A stretch of DNA of 64,000 nucleotides from Methanotrichaceae archaeon. Lineage in GTDB: Archaea > Halobacteriota > Methanosarcinia > Methanotrichales > Methanotrichaceae. Location of the stretch: assembly GCA_963748825.1 (NCBI GenBank), contig CAVVKN010000023.1, positions 32,001 to 96,000 on the forward strand. Direction: 5' to 3'. The stretch's first letter is position 1; the number at the start of each line of letters is the position of its first letter. The notes under the pieces were generated by a model. The model saw nothing but the letters and a program-made list of their open reading frames with translations. It was not told the origin of the DNA and ran no database searches. This document shows, in pieces, positions 53,274-63,676 of this stretch. A program made the translations under genes and the position numbers.

Positions 53274-54497
53274 TTGAAACATATACAAGCCGGTGATCCT
53301 TTGCATGGTCTGATATCCGAAAAAGCCGCAGTCAAGTTCGGCAAGTACGGCGGCCTCTTTGTGCCCGAAACGCTGGTGCAACCTCTGGTGGAGCTGGCCG
53401 AAGCATACCAACGTCTAATGAAGAGCGATGAATTCAAAGAGGAGCTAAACCTGGCTTTGAAAACCTTTGCAGGAAGGCCGACTCCCCTCTACTATGCCAG
53501 GAACCTCAGCAGGGAGCTGGGCCGCAAGGTCTACCTGAAGAGAGAGGACCTGGTGCACGGCGGAGCGCATAAGCTCAACAATACCCTCGGCCAGGCGCTG
53601 GTGGCCAAGAAGATGGGCAAGACCCGGCTCATCGCCGAGACGGGAGCCGGCCAGCACGGCGTGGCCACGGCCATTGTGGGTGCCAATCTGGGATTTGAGA
53701 CCCAGGTCTATATGGGCGAGGTGGACATCGAGCGGCAGAAGATGAATGTCTACCGCATGCAGCTTATGGGAGCGGAGGTCATACCCGTGCGCTCCGGCTC
53801 TCGAACCTTGAAGGACGCCATCAACGAGGCCATGCGAGACTGGGCTTCCAGTTTCGATCACACCCATTATCTCCTGGGCACGGCGGCGGGCGCCCACCCC
53901 TTTCCCAGCATGGTGCGCGACTTTCAGAGCGTCATAGGCCATGAGGCCCGCCAGCAGATCCAGCAAGCTGAGGGCCGTCTGCCCGACAGCATCACGGCCT
54001 GCGTGGGCGGAGGCAGCAATGCCATGGGCATCTTCGCCCCATTCCTGCATGACGAAGACGTGCGCCTCCTGGCTGTGGAAGCGGGCGGGCGAGGCCTTGG
54101 CAGGACTGATAGAATTGCGGACCATGGTGCCAGTCTCGGTTTCGGCACAGACGGTGTTTTGCACGGCGCTCTTACCAAGATCCTGCAGGATCCCTACGGC
54201 CAGATTCTGGAATCCTATTCCGTAGCAGCAGGCCTGGACTATCCAGGCGTGGGCCCGGAGCTGGCCTTTCTGGCGGAGAAGGGGCGCGTGCTGACCAAGA
54301 TCGCTGATGATAAGACGGCCATGCGAGGATTTCACGCCCTCTCCAAGCTGGAAGGCATCATCCCGGCTCTGGAGTCGGCACACGCAGTGGGCTATGCTCT
54401 GCAGGAGCCGCAGGCCCTGGGAGATCTGGCCATCATCAACATCTCCGGTCGGGGCGACAAGGATCTGGCAACGGTGATGGACTATGAAAATCTCTGA
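53274..54497 (+). CDS. trpB: Tryptophan synthase beta chain
   Basis: [51 protein letters not shown] at 53301 after GGTGA is the likely start. Confidence 0.97.
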   Translation: MKHIQAGDPLHGLISEKAAVKFGKYGGLFVPETLVQPLVELAEAYQRLMKSDEFKEELNLALKTFAGRPTPLYYARNLSRELGRKVYLKREDLVHGGAHKLNNTLGQALVAKKMGKTRLIAETGAGQHGVATAIVGANLGFETQVYMGEVDIERQKMNVYRMQLMGAEVIPVRSGSRTLKDAINEAMRDWASSFDHTHYLLGTAAGAHPFPSMVRDFQSVIGHEARQQIQQAEGRLPDSITACVGGGSNAMGIFAPFLHDEDVRLLAVEAGGRGLGRTDRIADHGASLGFGTDGVLHGALTKILQDPYGQILESYSVAAGLDYPGVGPELAFLAEKGRVLTKIADDKTAMRGFHALSKLEGIIPALESAHAVGYALQEPQALGDLAIINISGRGDKDLATVMDYENL

Positions 54498-55269
54498 AGC
54501 ATTTAGGGCAGCGCCCCTGCTCATTGTTTACATCTGCGCCGGAGACCCGACGCCGGCGGCAACGCCTGACCTGGTGCGGCGACTGGCGGCAGCCGGGGCG
54601 GATATCATTGAGCTGGGCCTGCCACACTCCGATCCTATCGCGGACGGCCCGACCATCCAGGCGGCAGCGCAAAGGGCCATCGCCGCCGGGATGAACACGG
54701 ATGTCTATTTCCAGGTGGCAGCGCAGGCGGACGTCGCCATCCCCAAGGTCTTCATGGGCTACTACAACATGATCTATGCCCGCGGCCTGGACCGGTTTGC
54801 CGAGGACTGTGCCCGCTGTGGCATCACGGGCATGATTGTGCCAGATCTACCACCGGAAGAGGCAGGACCTCTCCAGGAGGCCTGCACCCATTACGACGTG
54901 GACCTGATCTTCCTGGCCGCGCCCAATACCCCTCCAGAACGGCTGAAGATGATCGAAAAGGAGACATCAGGCTTCCTTTACCTGGTGGCTCGAACGGGCG
55001 TGACGGGTGCAAAAAGCGATATCTTGCAGGGCACACGCGACCTCATAGCACGCGTGCCGGGGGACAAGCCCAGAGCAGTAGGCTTTGGCATCTCCACCCC
55101 CGCCCAGGCGGCGGAGGTGATCGCCTCCGGAGCAGACGCGGCCATTGTGGGCTCGGTCTGCGTGGACCTGATCGCCCGCGGAGAGATAGAGCGGCTGGAG
55201 AGTCTGATCCGCGATATGAAGTCGGCGGTAAAGGCTGCAAGAAAGAGCAAAGCTCCAATAGTTGGCTGA
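54484..55269 (+). CDS. trpA: Tryptophan synthase alpha chain
   Basis: [34 protein letters not shown]. Confidence 0.97.
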   Translation: MKISEAFRAAPLLIVYICAGDPTPAATPDLVRRLAAAGADIIELGLPHSDPIADGPTIQAAAQRAIAAGMNTDVYFQVAAQADVAIPKVFMGYYNMIYARGLDRFAEDCARCGITGMIVPDLPPEEAGPLQEACTHYDVDLIFLAAPNTPPERLKMIEKETSGFLYLVARTGVTGAKSDILQGTRDLIARVPGDKPRAVGFGISTPAQAAEVIASGADAAIVGSVCVDLIARGEIERLESLIRDMKSAVKAARKSKAPIVG

Positions 55270-55900
55270 TAGATTATCATCCATGGACGAAGGGCAGAAG
55301 AGGTTTGTGGAAAAGACGAGGAGAGACCTGGAAAGCGGCTGCAATGTTACCATTGTGACCTTTGGCGACTCCATCACCGCCGGATTTGCCGTGCGGCGCG
55401 GCTTTCCCTCCTTTTGGAAAGCATTGCTGGCAGAAAAGTATCCCGACGCGAGAGTGGAAATGATCAACTCCGGCATCTCCGGAGACACAAGCATGGACGG
55501 CCTGGCCCGGCTGGACTGGGCGGCCCTCTCCTACGAACCGGACCTGGTCACCATAAACTTCGGCATCAACGACTGCGTGCTTGGCCTTGGTTTGGAGGAG
55601 TTCGAGATGAACTTCGTGGAGATGGTGCGACGCATCCGGGCCGGTCCTAATTCCGAGATACTGCTGCTCTCCTCCCAGCCCCTGGAGACGCCGCCTTATG
55701 ACAGACTGGTTTTAGATTACTATCAGGCCGTGGAAAGGGTGGCTAAAGAGATGGATGTTGGATTTGTGGATGTCTACGGGGCCTGGATGCAACGCGTTCA
55801 CGCTGGCACGCCTCTACGCAGCCTGATCCAGGCAGGGCTTGACCACCCCAATGAGGCAGGATACAGGATCATAGCCGAAGAGCTGATGAGGCTATTCTAA
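55262..55900 (+). CDS. SGNH/GDSL hydrolase
   Basis: FGDSIT, NSGISG, FGIND, DHPN motifs. Overlaps the trpA stop. Confidence 0.9.
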   Translation: MADRLSSMDEGQKRFVEKTRRDLESGCNVTIVTFGDSITAGFAVRRGFPSFWKALLAEKYPDARVEMINSGISGDTSMDGLARLDWAALSYEPDLVTINFGINDCVLGLGLEEFEMNFVEMVRRIRAGPNSEILLLSSQPLETPPYDRLVLDYYQAVERVAKEMDVGFVDVYGAWMQRVHAGTPLRSLIQAGLDHPNEAGYRIIAEELMRLF

Positions 55901-56622
55901 TCATAACAGCCTCCGGTGTAATCGCACATTCCGACTCTGGGAGAATTGACCACGGGCAGAAGCATATCCTCTCCGCATTCGTGGCTTTTCCCGCATTCCT
56001 CGCACACCCGGCCAGCGTCCTCGTCGCTGCACACGCAGCACACCCCGGTGGCCGGCTTGCCGCAAACATCGCATTTGATCTCAGGGGGCTCGTTTCTGGC
56101 CATGATGCGAACAGCATCCTTATCTTGAGCGATGCCCTTCCTGGCAGATATCACCGTGATTAGCAGCTCGGTTGAGGTTCCAAAGTCGTAGATGTACTCG
56201 AACTTCATGCCCGCAGCCATAACTTTTTCCAGGGCGACACTCATGCTTCGATCTCCAGGCTCAATCGTTTCAGAGATGAAAGACTCGCCTGCAATCTCAA
56301 AACTGCTCAGGTGGCCGCAGCACTCCAGCCAGACCGCTCTCAAAAAGCGGTCCAAATCCTCTAAGGTGGCCTTGGCAGGAATCTCGATGTGCAGCCAGTA
56401 CATGGGCTGGTAGAGCCCCTCCACCTTTAGATGAAAGATGGTCCGAGCCCGCCCTTTGCCTGAGCCTTTCTCTGTCAGTGCATCGTTCTCCTCTTTTCTG
56501 GCCTGACAGGCCTGCAAATGCCTGGATATGGCCGATTTGGCATAGCTTCCTGCACAAAAGCTGCATGTTCCCTTTGAAGTCGACCGGGTCAAGTCTCTTC
56601 CCTCCATTACGCCATTGGGCAC
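55897..56622 (-). CDS. pRiA4b ORF-3/TnpR-like protein with Cys-rich zinc-binding motifs
   Basis: TLEDLD.FLR..W..CCGHLSSF, YIYDFG, several CxxC motifs, NSPRVGMCDY. Confidence 0.75.
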   Translation of the reverse strand: MPNGVMEGRDLTRSTSKGTCSFCAGSYAKSAISRHLQACQARKEENDALTEKGSGKGRARTIFHLKVEGLYQPMYWLHIEIPAKATLEDLDRFLRAVWLECCGHLSSFEIAGESFISETIEPGDRSMSVALEKVMAAGMKFEYIYDFGTSTELLITVISARKGIAQDKDAVRIMARNEPPEIKCDVCGKPATGVCCVCSDEDAGRVCEECGKSHECGEDMLLPVVNSPRVGMCDYTGGCYD

Positions 56623-56738
56623 GGCATCTACTGCAGTGCCTCAATTAAACGCAGGCAATTCTGCATGTCCATAAAGTCATTCGTCTATATCAAATCTAGG
56701 CAAAGGATTCAACTTCTGGAAGCTGCCACTACATCATC

Positions 56739-56933
56739 ATGAAACCAGAGAAGATTCTGGAGATCTGTCCGGTCTGCGGCAGCTCTGAACTCTATTTAGA
56801 AGCAGGCGGCTACACCGGCAAGATCTACCATTGCAAGAACTGCGACTATATAGGAGCCTTGATTATTGAGGCGGACGAGGAGATGGCCAGGGCCATAAAA
56901 GAGGACTACGGGCAAAAGAAGAAAACTGGCTGA
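56739..56933 (+). CDS. Small CPxCG zinc-ribbon protein
   Basis: CPVCGS and YHCKNCDY motifs. Confidence 0.75.
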   Translation: MKPEKILEICPVCGSSELYLEAGGYTGKIYHCKNCDYIGALIIEADEEMARAIKEDYGQKKKTG

Positions 56934-56956
56934 TCGCTTAGGTAGACAATATTTTT

Positions 56957-57859
56957 TCACGGTTCTACATGCAGCCCATTTTCCTTCTCCTTCGCCTTTT
57001 TTTGCACCTTGATCACCTCAGCCCCGAAGAGGAATATCTGGGCTGAATAGTAGATCCAGAAGAGAAATATTACCAGAGATCCTGCTGCCCCGTAGGCTGA
57101 GCCGATGTTCACCAACCCCACATAGGCCTCGATGCAGAAGTTTCCTGCCGCGAACAGAAGAGCCGCCAGGGCTGAGCCAGGGAGCACCTCTCGCCAGGCC
57201 AGTTTCACTTCGATCAGGGTCTTGTAGGTAGCGGCAAAGAGCAGAGTCACAAACGAGAAGGAGACCAGGAACGTGAGCATCCGAAGCAGCCCCAGGTGAA
57301 TGGGCAAAAACTCCTCGATCTGCCTTCCTGCCGGCAGGAGAAGGGCGGTGAAGATGGATGTCACCAGGAGCATAAAGGCGACCAGGGCGATGAGTAGGTA
57401 AGAGCGCAGGTAAGAGAGGATTGTGTTCATTAACGGGACAACATTGTCCGGGATCTTCCAGATGATGTGAAAGGCCCTCCTGGTATGAACGAAGAGACCG
57501 GCAGCGCCAAAAAGCAGGAGACCAACGCTGAGCAGAGTAAAGCGGAAGGATGCGGCCTGATTGGAAGCCTGGCCGATCAGCTCGCCGGCCACTCTTGGCA
57601 TCTGCCTGCCCACCAAATCCTGAGAGGTGGCCACTACCTGGCCGTCAAGAAATCCATGCTGGAATAAAGAATTTATAAATATTAAGGTTAATATAAGTAA
57701 TGGGACTAAGGAGAAGAGGCCGTAGTAGGCTAGTGCTGCGGCCAGGAGCGAGGCATCGTCTTTGAGCCACTCTTGAAAGGCATATTTGAGGATATGGAAT
57801 ACTTCCGACGACTTCATAATAAGCAACCTCAACGATAATCGGTGATAAGCTAATTCCAA
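56957..57859 (-). CDS. YihY/BrkB family membrane protein
   Basis: AAALAYY..FSL.P, YGAAGSLV..L.WIYYSAQI.LFGAE. Confidence 0.9.
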   Translation of the reverse strand: MELAYHRLSLRLLIMKSSEVFHILKYAFQEWLKDDASLLAAALAYYGLFSLVPLLILTLIFINSLFQHGFLDGQVVATSQDLVGRQMPRVAGELIGQASNQAASFRFTLLSVGLLLFGAAGLFVHTRRAFHIIWKIPDNVVPLMNTILSYLRSYLLIALVAFMLLVTSIFTALLLPAGRQIEEFLPIHLGLLRMLTFLVSFSFVTLLFAATYKTLIEVKLAWREVLPGSALAALLFAAGNFCIEAYVGLVNIGSAYGAAGSLVIFLFWIYYSAQIFLFGAEVIKVQKKAKEKENGLHVEP

Positions 57860-57924
57860 TTACGTTAATATTTTAACTAGTATTATTATTCTTCATTCCA
57901 TACACAAGTGAGGAACGCCGTGTT

Positions 57925-58650
57925 TCACCTATAAATCGCTAGTCTTCCAAGATTTACCAGCCACTCGTTAAAGTGTGGACATTCGTTTCTTATGACGTCT
58001 ATACCGATTTCTTGAGCTATTTGATACCCATTCGTTACTTTTTGGTACGATTTAAACAAATGAAGTATCCGTTTTGAAGGCGCCGTCTCTTTTCCATCGT
58101 TTATTTCTTCCGGCGTTTTAAATTGCTCACGAATGCGCCTTAATTCCTCGAGACTGGAACCTTCATTATACGGCTTGAGAACTCTATCTATAACGCCCAC
58201 GTCACTAAATAGCAATCCTTCGAACTCATGAAGTTGTATGTATGGAACAAAACGTGAATTGGAAATTTCAGATTTTAATGCATCTTCAAGAATTTTTATT
58301 TTTATATAAGGATCTTGTGTTTTCAATGCGGCTTCATAATTTGGAAAATCATATGATAATTCATACAGGTCAAACATAGTTGTAAGATAAGCCTTACTAT
58401 CTTCATCAAGCCACCGATGTATGTCGCGTTTAATCTTTTCATATGATGGCATTCCGCCACGAAAGATGGTTTCCTGCTTCCCCGGTTTTCTGATATTCAG
58501 TCCCTTTCTTGGCTTTCTTCCGGTCTCGACACATCGTGCTCCCCCGACATACACGCCACATTGAGCCAAGGATTCCGCGAGAATCCTTCGAACAAATGTC
58601 TCCTCAGTTTGTCCTTCCACAATGAAATTCACTCGAATTGCAGAATTCAT
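57925..58650 (-). CDS. DUF4276 family (TOPRIM-like) protein
   Basis: FIVEGQTEETFV, TTMFDLY, QLHEFEGLLFSD, PEEIND..TAPSKRI, CPHFNEW. AT-rich. Confidence 0.82.
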   Translation of the reverse strand: MNSAIRVNFIVEGQTEETFVRRILAESLAQCGVYVGGARCVETGRKPRKGLNIRKPGKQETIFRGGMPSYEKIKRDIHRWLDEDSKAYLTTMFDLYELSYDFPNYEAALKTQDPYIKIKILEDALKSEISNSRFVPYIQLHEFEGLLFSDVGVIDRVLKPYNEGSSLEELRRIREQFKTPEEINDGKETAPSKRILHLFKSYQKVTNGYQIAQEIGIDVIRNECPHFNEWLVNLGRLAIYR

Positions 58651-59757
58651 TTATTGAGGTCTCCCCCCGAGGACATTTTTTTCCCAAAGCTCACCAAGTG
58701 AATATTCTTCTAACCAGGAGGATAATCGTGGTGAATCAACGCGATTAATAACGGTTTCATACTTATTGTCATTTTCTTCTCTCTCCACGACGAGCAAGTT
58801 TTCAGCATCAAACTGGTTAACTAATGAGACGGATTGGGTTGATACGATGAGCTGTGTTCTTTCTGCTGCACTCAGCATCAAAGAAGCCAGGACAACAATG
58901 GCATAAGGGTGAAGGCCTAATTCCGGCTCATCGATCAGAATCGTTGAAGGCAATTGCGGTTGCAACAAAAGAGTAGCAAGGCAGATAAAGCGTAGCATAC
59001 CGTCAGATAAGTGATAAGCTTGAAAGGGAAAATCAGATCCCTTTTCTCGCCACTCCAAACGAATCATATTCTCATTTTCAGGATGTGGGCGCAAGAGGAA
59101 ATCATCAAAGAAGGGGGTAACCAAGCGTACCGTATCTCGGATTGCTGAGTAATGTTCTTTTTTTGTGCGCTGAAGCATGTAAAGAAATGCTGCTAGATTG
59201 CTGGCGTCATGTCTTAAATATATATTATCATTTATATCCCTTGATTTTTTAACCGGTGCAGATTCGCTTGTATCATGAAAATGATAAACTTTCCAGCTTT
59301 TGAGGCTATCGAGCACATATGCTTCTATATTTGTAGGATTATTGATTGTGCCATATTTGGATCTTATTGCGAGTTTACTCTCTTTATGTCCTGACCCCAT
59401 ATAATTTTTTTTGGTATGTCCATAGGCATCTAAGGAACAAACCTCTTCATCAAAGAATAATTCATCATTAACAGTAGGCAACCAAGTACATTCGTATGCA
59501 TTTTGACCAAAATCAAGTTTGACGAAAATATTCTCAGTTATCTTTTGTCCATAATATAGAAAAGATTCTGCACCACCAGCTTTGGCTACGAAAGACTGAA
59601 ATTTTCCCTCAACAACATGATTTAGCAGTTCAAATAGAGCGATAAAGTTGCTTTTGCCCGCACCGTTAGCGCCGATTAGTACATTCAGTGAGCTTAAATC
59701 CAATTCGAGCTTACGAATTGATTTAAAACCCGTTACTTCAATGCGGTCCAGCTTCAT
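58651..59757 (-). CDS. Soluble ABC-type (AAA_21/AAA_15-like) ATPase
   Basis: Walker A GANGAGKS, signature LSDG, Walker B/D-loop ILIDEPELGLHP, STQS. Stop abuts the DUF4276 start. Confidence 0.9.
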   Translation of the reverse strand: MKLDRIEVTGFKSIRKLELDLSSLNVLIGANGAGKSNFIALFELLNHVVEGKFQSFVAKAGGAESFLYYGQKITENIFVKLDFGQNAYECTWLPTVNDELFFDEEVCSLDAYGHTKKNYMGSGHKESKLAIRSKYGTINNPTNIEAYVLDSLKSWKVYHFHDTSESAPVKKSRDINDNIYLRHDASNLAAFLYMLQRTKKEHYSAIRDTVRLVTPFFDDFLLRPHPENENMIRLEWREKGSDFPFQAYHLSDGMLRFICLATLLLQPQLPSTILIDEPELGLHPYAIVVLASLMLSAAERTQLIVSTQSVSLVNQFDAENLLVVEREENDNKYETVINRVDSPRLSSWLEEYSLGELWEKNVLGGRPQ

Positions 59758-59801
59758 TTGGCGTGCTCCCTGCTAATTAAAAAAAAAGGATCACGGGAAG
59801 C

Positions 59802-61028
59802 TTACGGTGCCCCCTTCAGATCCTCTCTTTGGGTGATGTTCTTGATCTCCTGCTTCAAGTCCTCGGGCAGCCCTTTGATCTCCACATCCAAAAAGCCCCT
59901 GACAATGACGCTGGTGGCCTCTTCTGAGTTCAGACCGCGGGACATGAGGTACTCCAGCTCCTCCTCAGAGATACGGCCCACTGCCGCCTCATGGGACATA
60001 TCCAGGTCCCGGCACTGCCCGTCCAGCTCCGGTATGGAATAGATTCTGCCCTTGTCCGATAGCAGAAGGCCGACGCACTCCAGATGGGCGCGTGCGCCAG
60101 GAACTCTGCCGGTCATTCTTCCCCGAGCAATGACCTCGCCACCCACGGAGACCACACGAGAAATTGATTCGGCACTTGTATCCGGCGCATTGAGGTTGAC
60201 ATTGCTGCCTATGTCGATGTTGCCCATACTGGAATAGACCACGGTGTTAAAGCTGGCCACCGCCCCGCGGCCTGCCAGCGTGGCCGTGGGGAAGGTCTGG
60301 AGAGTCTTTACGGGCTTTAGAAGGATGTAGTTGTTGGAGAGAGAGCCGCCCTCGGCAATGGTGATACCTGTTCTGGGCCGCACCTCGACCTCTTTGCCCC
60401 AGCTGTGCACCATGGTGAAACTTACCTTGGCATTCTTCTGGATGAAGAACTCCGAGACGCCCATGTGCAGGCCCCTCTGCACATGGGCCGGAGTGGTACA
60501 GCCAGTGATGACATGCAGCTCCGAGCCCTCTTCCGCGATGATAACGTTGTGCACGCGCTGGTTGAGGTTGGAAGACCCCAGATACAGGCAGCTCTTGACC
60601 GGAAATACAGTCTTCATGCCCTTTTTGGCGCGGATGAAGTAGCCTGCAGGTGGCGCTTCCGCTATGTCCGCTGTGTACTTGTCGGCATCCGGTGCCACCA
60701 GCTTCCACCAGTAGTCCTGCAAAAAGTCGTACTTCTCCAGAGCGGAGGCCATGTCCATGATCTCCACACCCTCGTAGAGAGACTTGGCGATCACAGGAGT
60801 CTGGTCCATCTGAACAAAAGAGCCTGAAGATTCGCCATCAAGCTTCACGCCCACATCCAGAGCCGCCTTCTTGACAATGCCAGGCAGATCTTCGGCATTG
60901 TCTACGGCCCCCTGGGGTTTGGCCTCGGATTCATAGCTCTCCAGGTCCACATCTGTGCCGTATACAGCCTTCTTGTCCCGTGCCTTTCTGGCCTTATCTT
61001 CTATACCGGACACGTGCATCCTGCACAC
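59802..61028 (-). CDS. sufB: SufBD-family Fe-S scaffold (SmsB-type)
   Basis: ITGCT, VRPR, CVGLLL, SIPEL, SHEAAVG, YLMSRG, IVRGF. Confidence 0.92.
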   Translation of the reverse strand: MCRMHVSGIEDKARKARDKKAVYGTDVDLESYESEAKPQGAVDNAEDLPGIVKKAALDVGVKLDGESSGSFVQMDQTPVIAKSLYEGVEIMDMASALEKYDFLQDYWWKLVAPDADKYTADIAEAPPAGYFIRAKKGMKTVFPVKSCLYLGSSNLNQRVHNVIIAEEGSELHVITGCTTPAHVQRGLHMGVSEFFIQKNAKVSFTMVHSWGKEVEVRPRTGITIAEGGSLSNNYILLKPVKTLQTFPTATLAGRGAVASFNTVVYSSMGNIDIGSNVNLNAPDTSAESISRVVSVGGEVIARGRMTGRVPGARAHLECVGLLLSDKGRIYSIPELDGQCRDLDMSHEAAVGRISEEELEYLMSRGLNSEEATSVIVRGFLDVEIKGLPEDLKQEIKNITQREDLKGAP

Positions 61029-61744
61029 CCCTCATATCCGCTTTTTTTGATCTGATCTAATATCTCGCCCGGGTTGCCACTACAGACGATCGATCCACCC
61101 AACATGACATGGGCTCGGTCCGCTTTCATGTAATCCAGAATATGGCCGAAGTGGGTGATGATCACACCGGACTTGGTCCTCAGGCTAGGACGCAGGTCTT
61201 TTTGTGTGAGAGAATTTATGGCCTCGCCGATGAGCTTGATGTTCTCCAGGTCCACGCCGGAGTCCGGCTCATCCAGCATGACGAAATCAGGCTGCTGTGC
61301 CAGGAGCTGGACCATCTCGGAGCGCTTTACCTCGCCCCCGGAAAAGCCACGATTGACATCCCTTTCTGCAAAAGCCTCAAAGTCCATCTTCTTGAGTATG
61401 GCCGGTGCATCAGCCTCGGGATTGATGATCTTGATGAGGTCTTTGAGCCTCAGGCCACGGATGGCAGGAGGACGCTGAAAGGCCATGCCTATGCCCAGGC
61501 GTGCCCTTTCGTCCATGGACATGTGCGTGATATCCTCTCCCTTGAATACAATGCGCCCCCCATCGATGGTATACCTGGGAATTCCAGCGATGACATTCAA
61601 GAGAGTTGTTTTGCCCGTTCCATTGGGCCCAAATAGGGCATGAGTCTCGCCACGACTTATTCTAAGGTTGAAGTTCTTTAGAACCTGCTTACTGCCGATG
61701 CTGACCGACAGATCCTCAATCTCCAGCAGCCACATCACCTCCAA
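61001..61744 (-). CDS. sufC: SufC ABC ATPase (SmsC-type, C-terminal CxxC)
   Basis: GPNGTGKT, GFSGGE, DEPDSGVD, ITH, C-terminal GCAGC. Likely start ATG at 61735. Confidence 0.92.
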   Translation of the reverse strand: MEVMWLLEIEDLSVSIGSKQVLKNFNLRISRGETHALFGPNGTGKTTLLNVIAGIPRYTIDGGRIVFKGEDITHMSMDERARLGIGMAFQRPPAIRGLRLKDLIKIINPEADAPAILKKMDFEAFAERDVNRGFSGGEVKRSEMVQLLAQQPDFVMLDEPDSGVDLENIKLIGEAINSLTQKDLRPSLRTKSGVIITHFGHILDYMKADRAHVMLGGSIVCSGNPGEILDQIKKSGYEGCAGCTCPV

Positions 61745-61789
61745 TCAATTAATCAATCGATCGTAGGAATATAATATCTTTTGCAGCAG

Positions 61790-62365
61790 CTATATTCGCG
61801 CCCGGATTTGCAGCTCATCGATCGACCGGTTCAGGCTGGCGTAGCTTCTTACAATTCGTCCGGCCTCTGTATCCTGGCAGCCCAGCATCTTGCACAACTC
61901 TCGATCGTAATCCTCCAGATCGACCTTTCGCTTGCGCAGATACTCATGCCCCCATGGCCCGGCCACCAAATATTTGTTCAGTGGATCGGAGCTACTCTGA
62001 AAGTGCTCCAGCATGGCCTGTGCGGGATTCTCCAGCCGGTCGAAGGTCTTCTGCAGCGCCACAGCCTTCTTCTGCTCGTCGGTCTTGCTGGCCAGGCGGG
62101 GCCGCCAGACCAGTACCTCCAGCGCCACAACCAGGACGGCGTCCAAATTGAGATGGGCGAAACGAATGAAATTGCTTAGTGATTTTGCATCCCGGGCTTT
62201 CGCCGAGGACTGCACGTAGACAGAGATCTTGCCGATCTTCTCCGAAAACTCGCCCTGGCGCAGAGGCACAAGCATTCTCTGCACCGCTTCGATGGCTTCC
62301 GCCAGCGAGCCCTCTTGCGGGCCCACCCGAGCGCCTTCTTGTTCACTCGTCCTCTCGCCGGTCAT
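61790..62365 (-). CDS. Hypothetical protein, 191 aa
   Basis: Host-like codon usage, starts 9 bp downstream of lysA. Confidence 0.7.
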   Translation of the reverse strand: MTGERTSEQEGARVGPQEGSLAEAIEAVQRMLVPLRQGEFSEKIGKISVYVQSSAKARDAKSLSNFIRFAHLNLDAVLVVALEVLVWRPRLASKTDEQKKAVALQKTFDRLENPAQAMLEHFQSSSDPLNKYLVAGPWGHEYLRKRKVDLEDYDRELCKMLGCQDTEAGRIVRSYASLNRSIDELQIRARI

Positions 62366-62374
62366 TCTTTCAGC

Positions 62375-63676
62375 CTACCACATGAGCCGGGGCAAGATAC
62401 TCTGCCCGGCCAGAAGGGCGCTTGCATCTTCGGCGCGCCGGGTGACATCGGCCCTGTCCCCGGAAACAAGTACTTCAGCCGGCCGGGGCTGGCCGTTGTA
62501 CTGGGAGGCCATGGAAAAGCCGTAGGCTCCTGCATCCAGGAAAGCCAGAACGTCGCCGCGCGCGAGAACCGGCAGCTTTCGGTCTTTAGCCAGCACATCC
62601 CCGGTCTCGCAGATGGGCCCTACCACAGTGTAGGTCTCCTGCGCGGGCGCGCTGGCGCGGCTGGCCACTATAACATGATGATAGGAGTCGTAGAGCATGG
62701 GTCGAGCCAAGACGTTGAAGCCGGCATCCACAGCCACGAAATTGACATGGGCCCTTTTGACCACATTTACGCTGGTAAGCATGACAGTGGTATCGGCCAC
62801 GATGCTGCGGCCCGGCTCCAGGATGAGCTTGGGCGCGATTCCCAGGGCACGGCAGCGGTCCTGGAAAATGGGCAATATCGCCGCAGCGAGGTCGATGGGA
62901 GTGGGTGCAGGCAAGTCGGGATGGTACTGGATGCCCAGGCCACCACCCAGATCGATCCTTTCCACCTTCCCGCCCGCGGCTACGACCGCCGCAGCGATGT
63001 CCATCATCTTTCCCGCCGCCTCGGCGAAGGGCGCCGTGTCCAGGATCTGTGAGCCGATGTGGCAGTGCAGGCCTACGGGCTTTACCCCCTCCAGGCCCAT
63101 CGCCCTCTTGTAAGTCTCAGCCACCTGCTCCGCCGGGATGCCGAACTTGGAGGAGCGCAGGCCCGTTGCGATCTTGGGATGGGTCTTGGGGGAGACATCG
63201 GGATTTACACGGAAGAGGATCTCCGCCTCGCGCCCCAGCCGCTTTGCGGTCTTTGCGAGATGCTCCAGCTCCTCACGCGAGTCCACGGACATGCGCACGC
63301 CCGCCTGGATAGCCATCTCGTGATCCTTCTCGCTCTTGGAGTTGCCGTTGTAGAGGATCATATCCCGGGGGATGCCAGCCATGCGCACCACGGAAAGCTC
63401 CCCTGCCGAGAAGACGTCCGCGCCCATGCCCTCCTGGGCAGCGATGCGAAGCAGGGTGAGGTTGCCATTGGCCTTCACTGCGAAGTACTTGTCCGCATCG
63501 GGAAAGGCACGGTGGTAGGCGCGAATGTTCTCGCGCAGGCGGCTCTCGGAGGTGACATAAAGAGGGGTGCCCTGCTGCTGGGCGAGGACAAAGCAGTCCA
63601 CGTCTTCGATAAAGAGATGATTGTTTCGAGAGGTGAGATGAGATTTAGGTCCTAACATGAATTGTAGATTGCTCAA
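62375..63676 (-). CDS. lysA: Diaminopimelate decarboxylase
   Basis: FAVKAN, SKFGI, HCHIGSQ, EPGR, GPICETGD, GAYG..MAS.YN. Confidence 0.96.
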   Translation of the reverse strand: MSNLQFMLGPKSHLTSRNNHLFIEDVDCFVLAQQQGTPLYVTSESRLRENIRAYHRAFPDADKYFAVKANGNLTLLRIAAQEGMGADVFSAGELSVVRMAGIPRDMILYNGNSKSEKDHEMAIQAGVRMSVDSREELEHLAKTAKRLGREAEILFRVNPDVSPKTHPKIATGLRSSKFGIPAEQVAETYKRAMGLEGVKPVGLHCHIGSQILDTAPFAEAAGKMMDIAAAVVAAGGKVERIDLGGGLGIQYHPDLPAPTPIDLAAAILPIFQDRCRALGIAPKLILEPGRSIVADTTVMLTSVNVVKRAHVNFVAVDAGFNVLARPMLYDSYHHVIVASRASAPAQETYTVVGPICETGDVLAKDRKLPVLARGDVLAFLDAGAYGFSMASQYNGQPRPAEVLVSGDRADVTRRAEDASALLAGQSILPRLMW

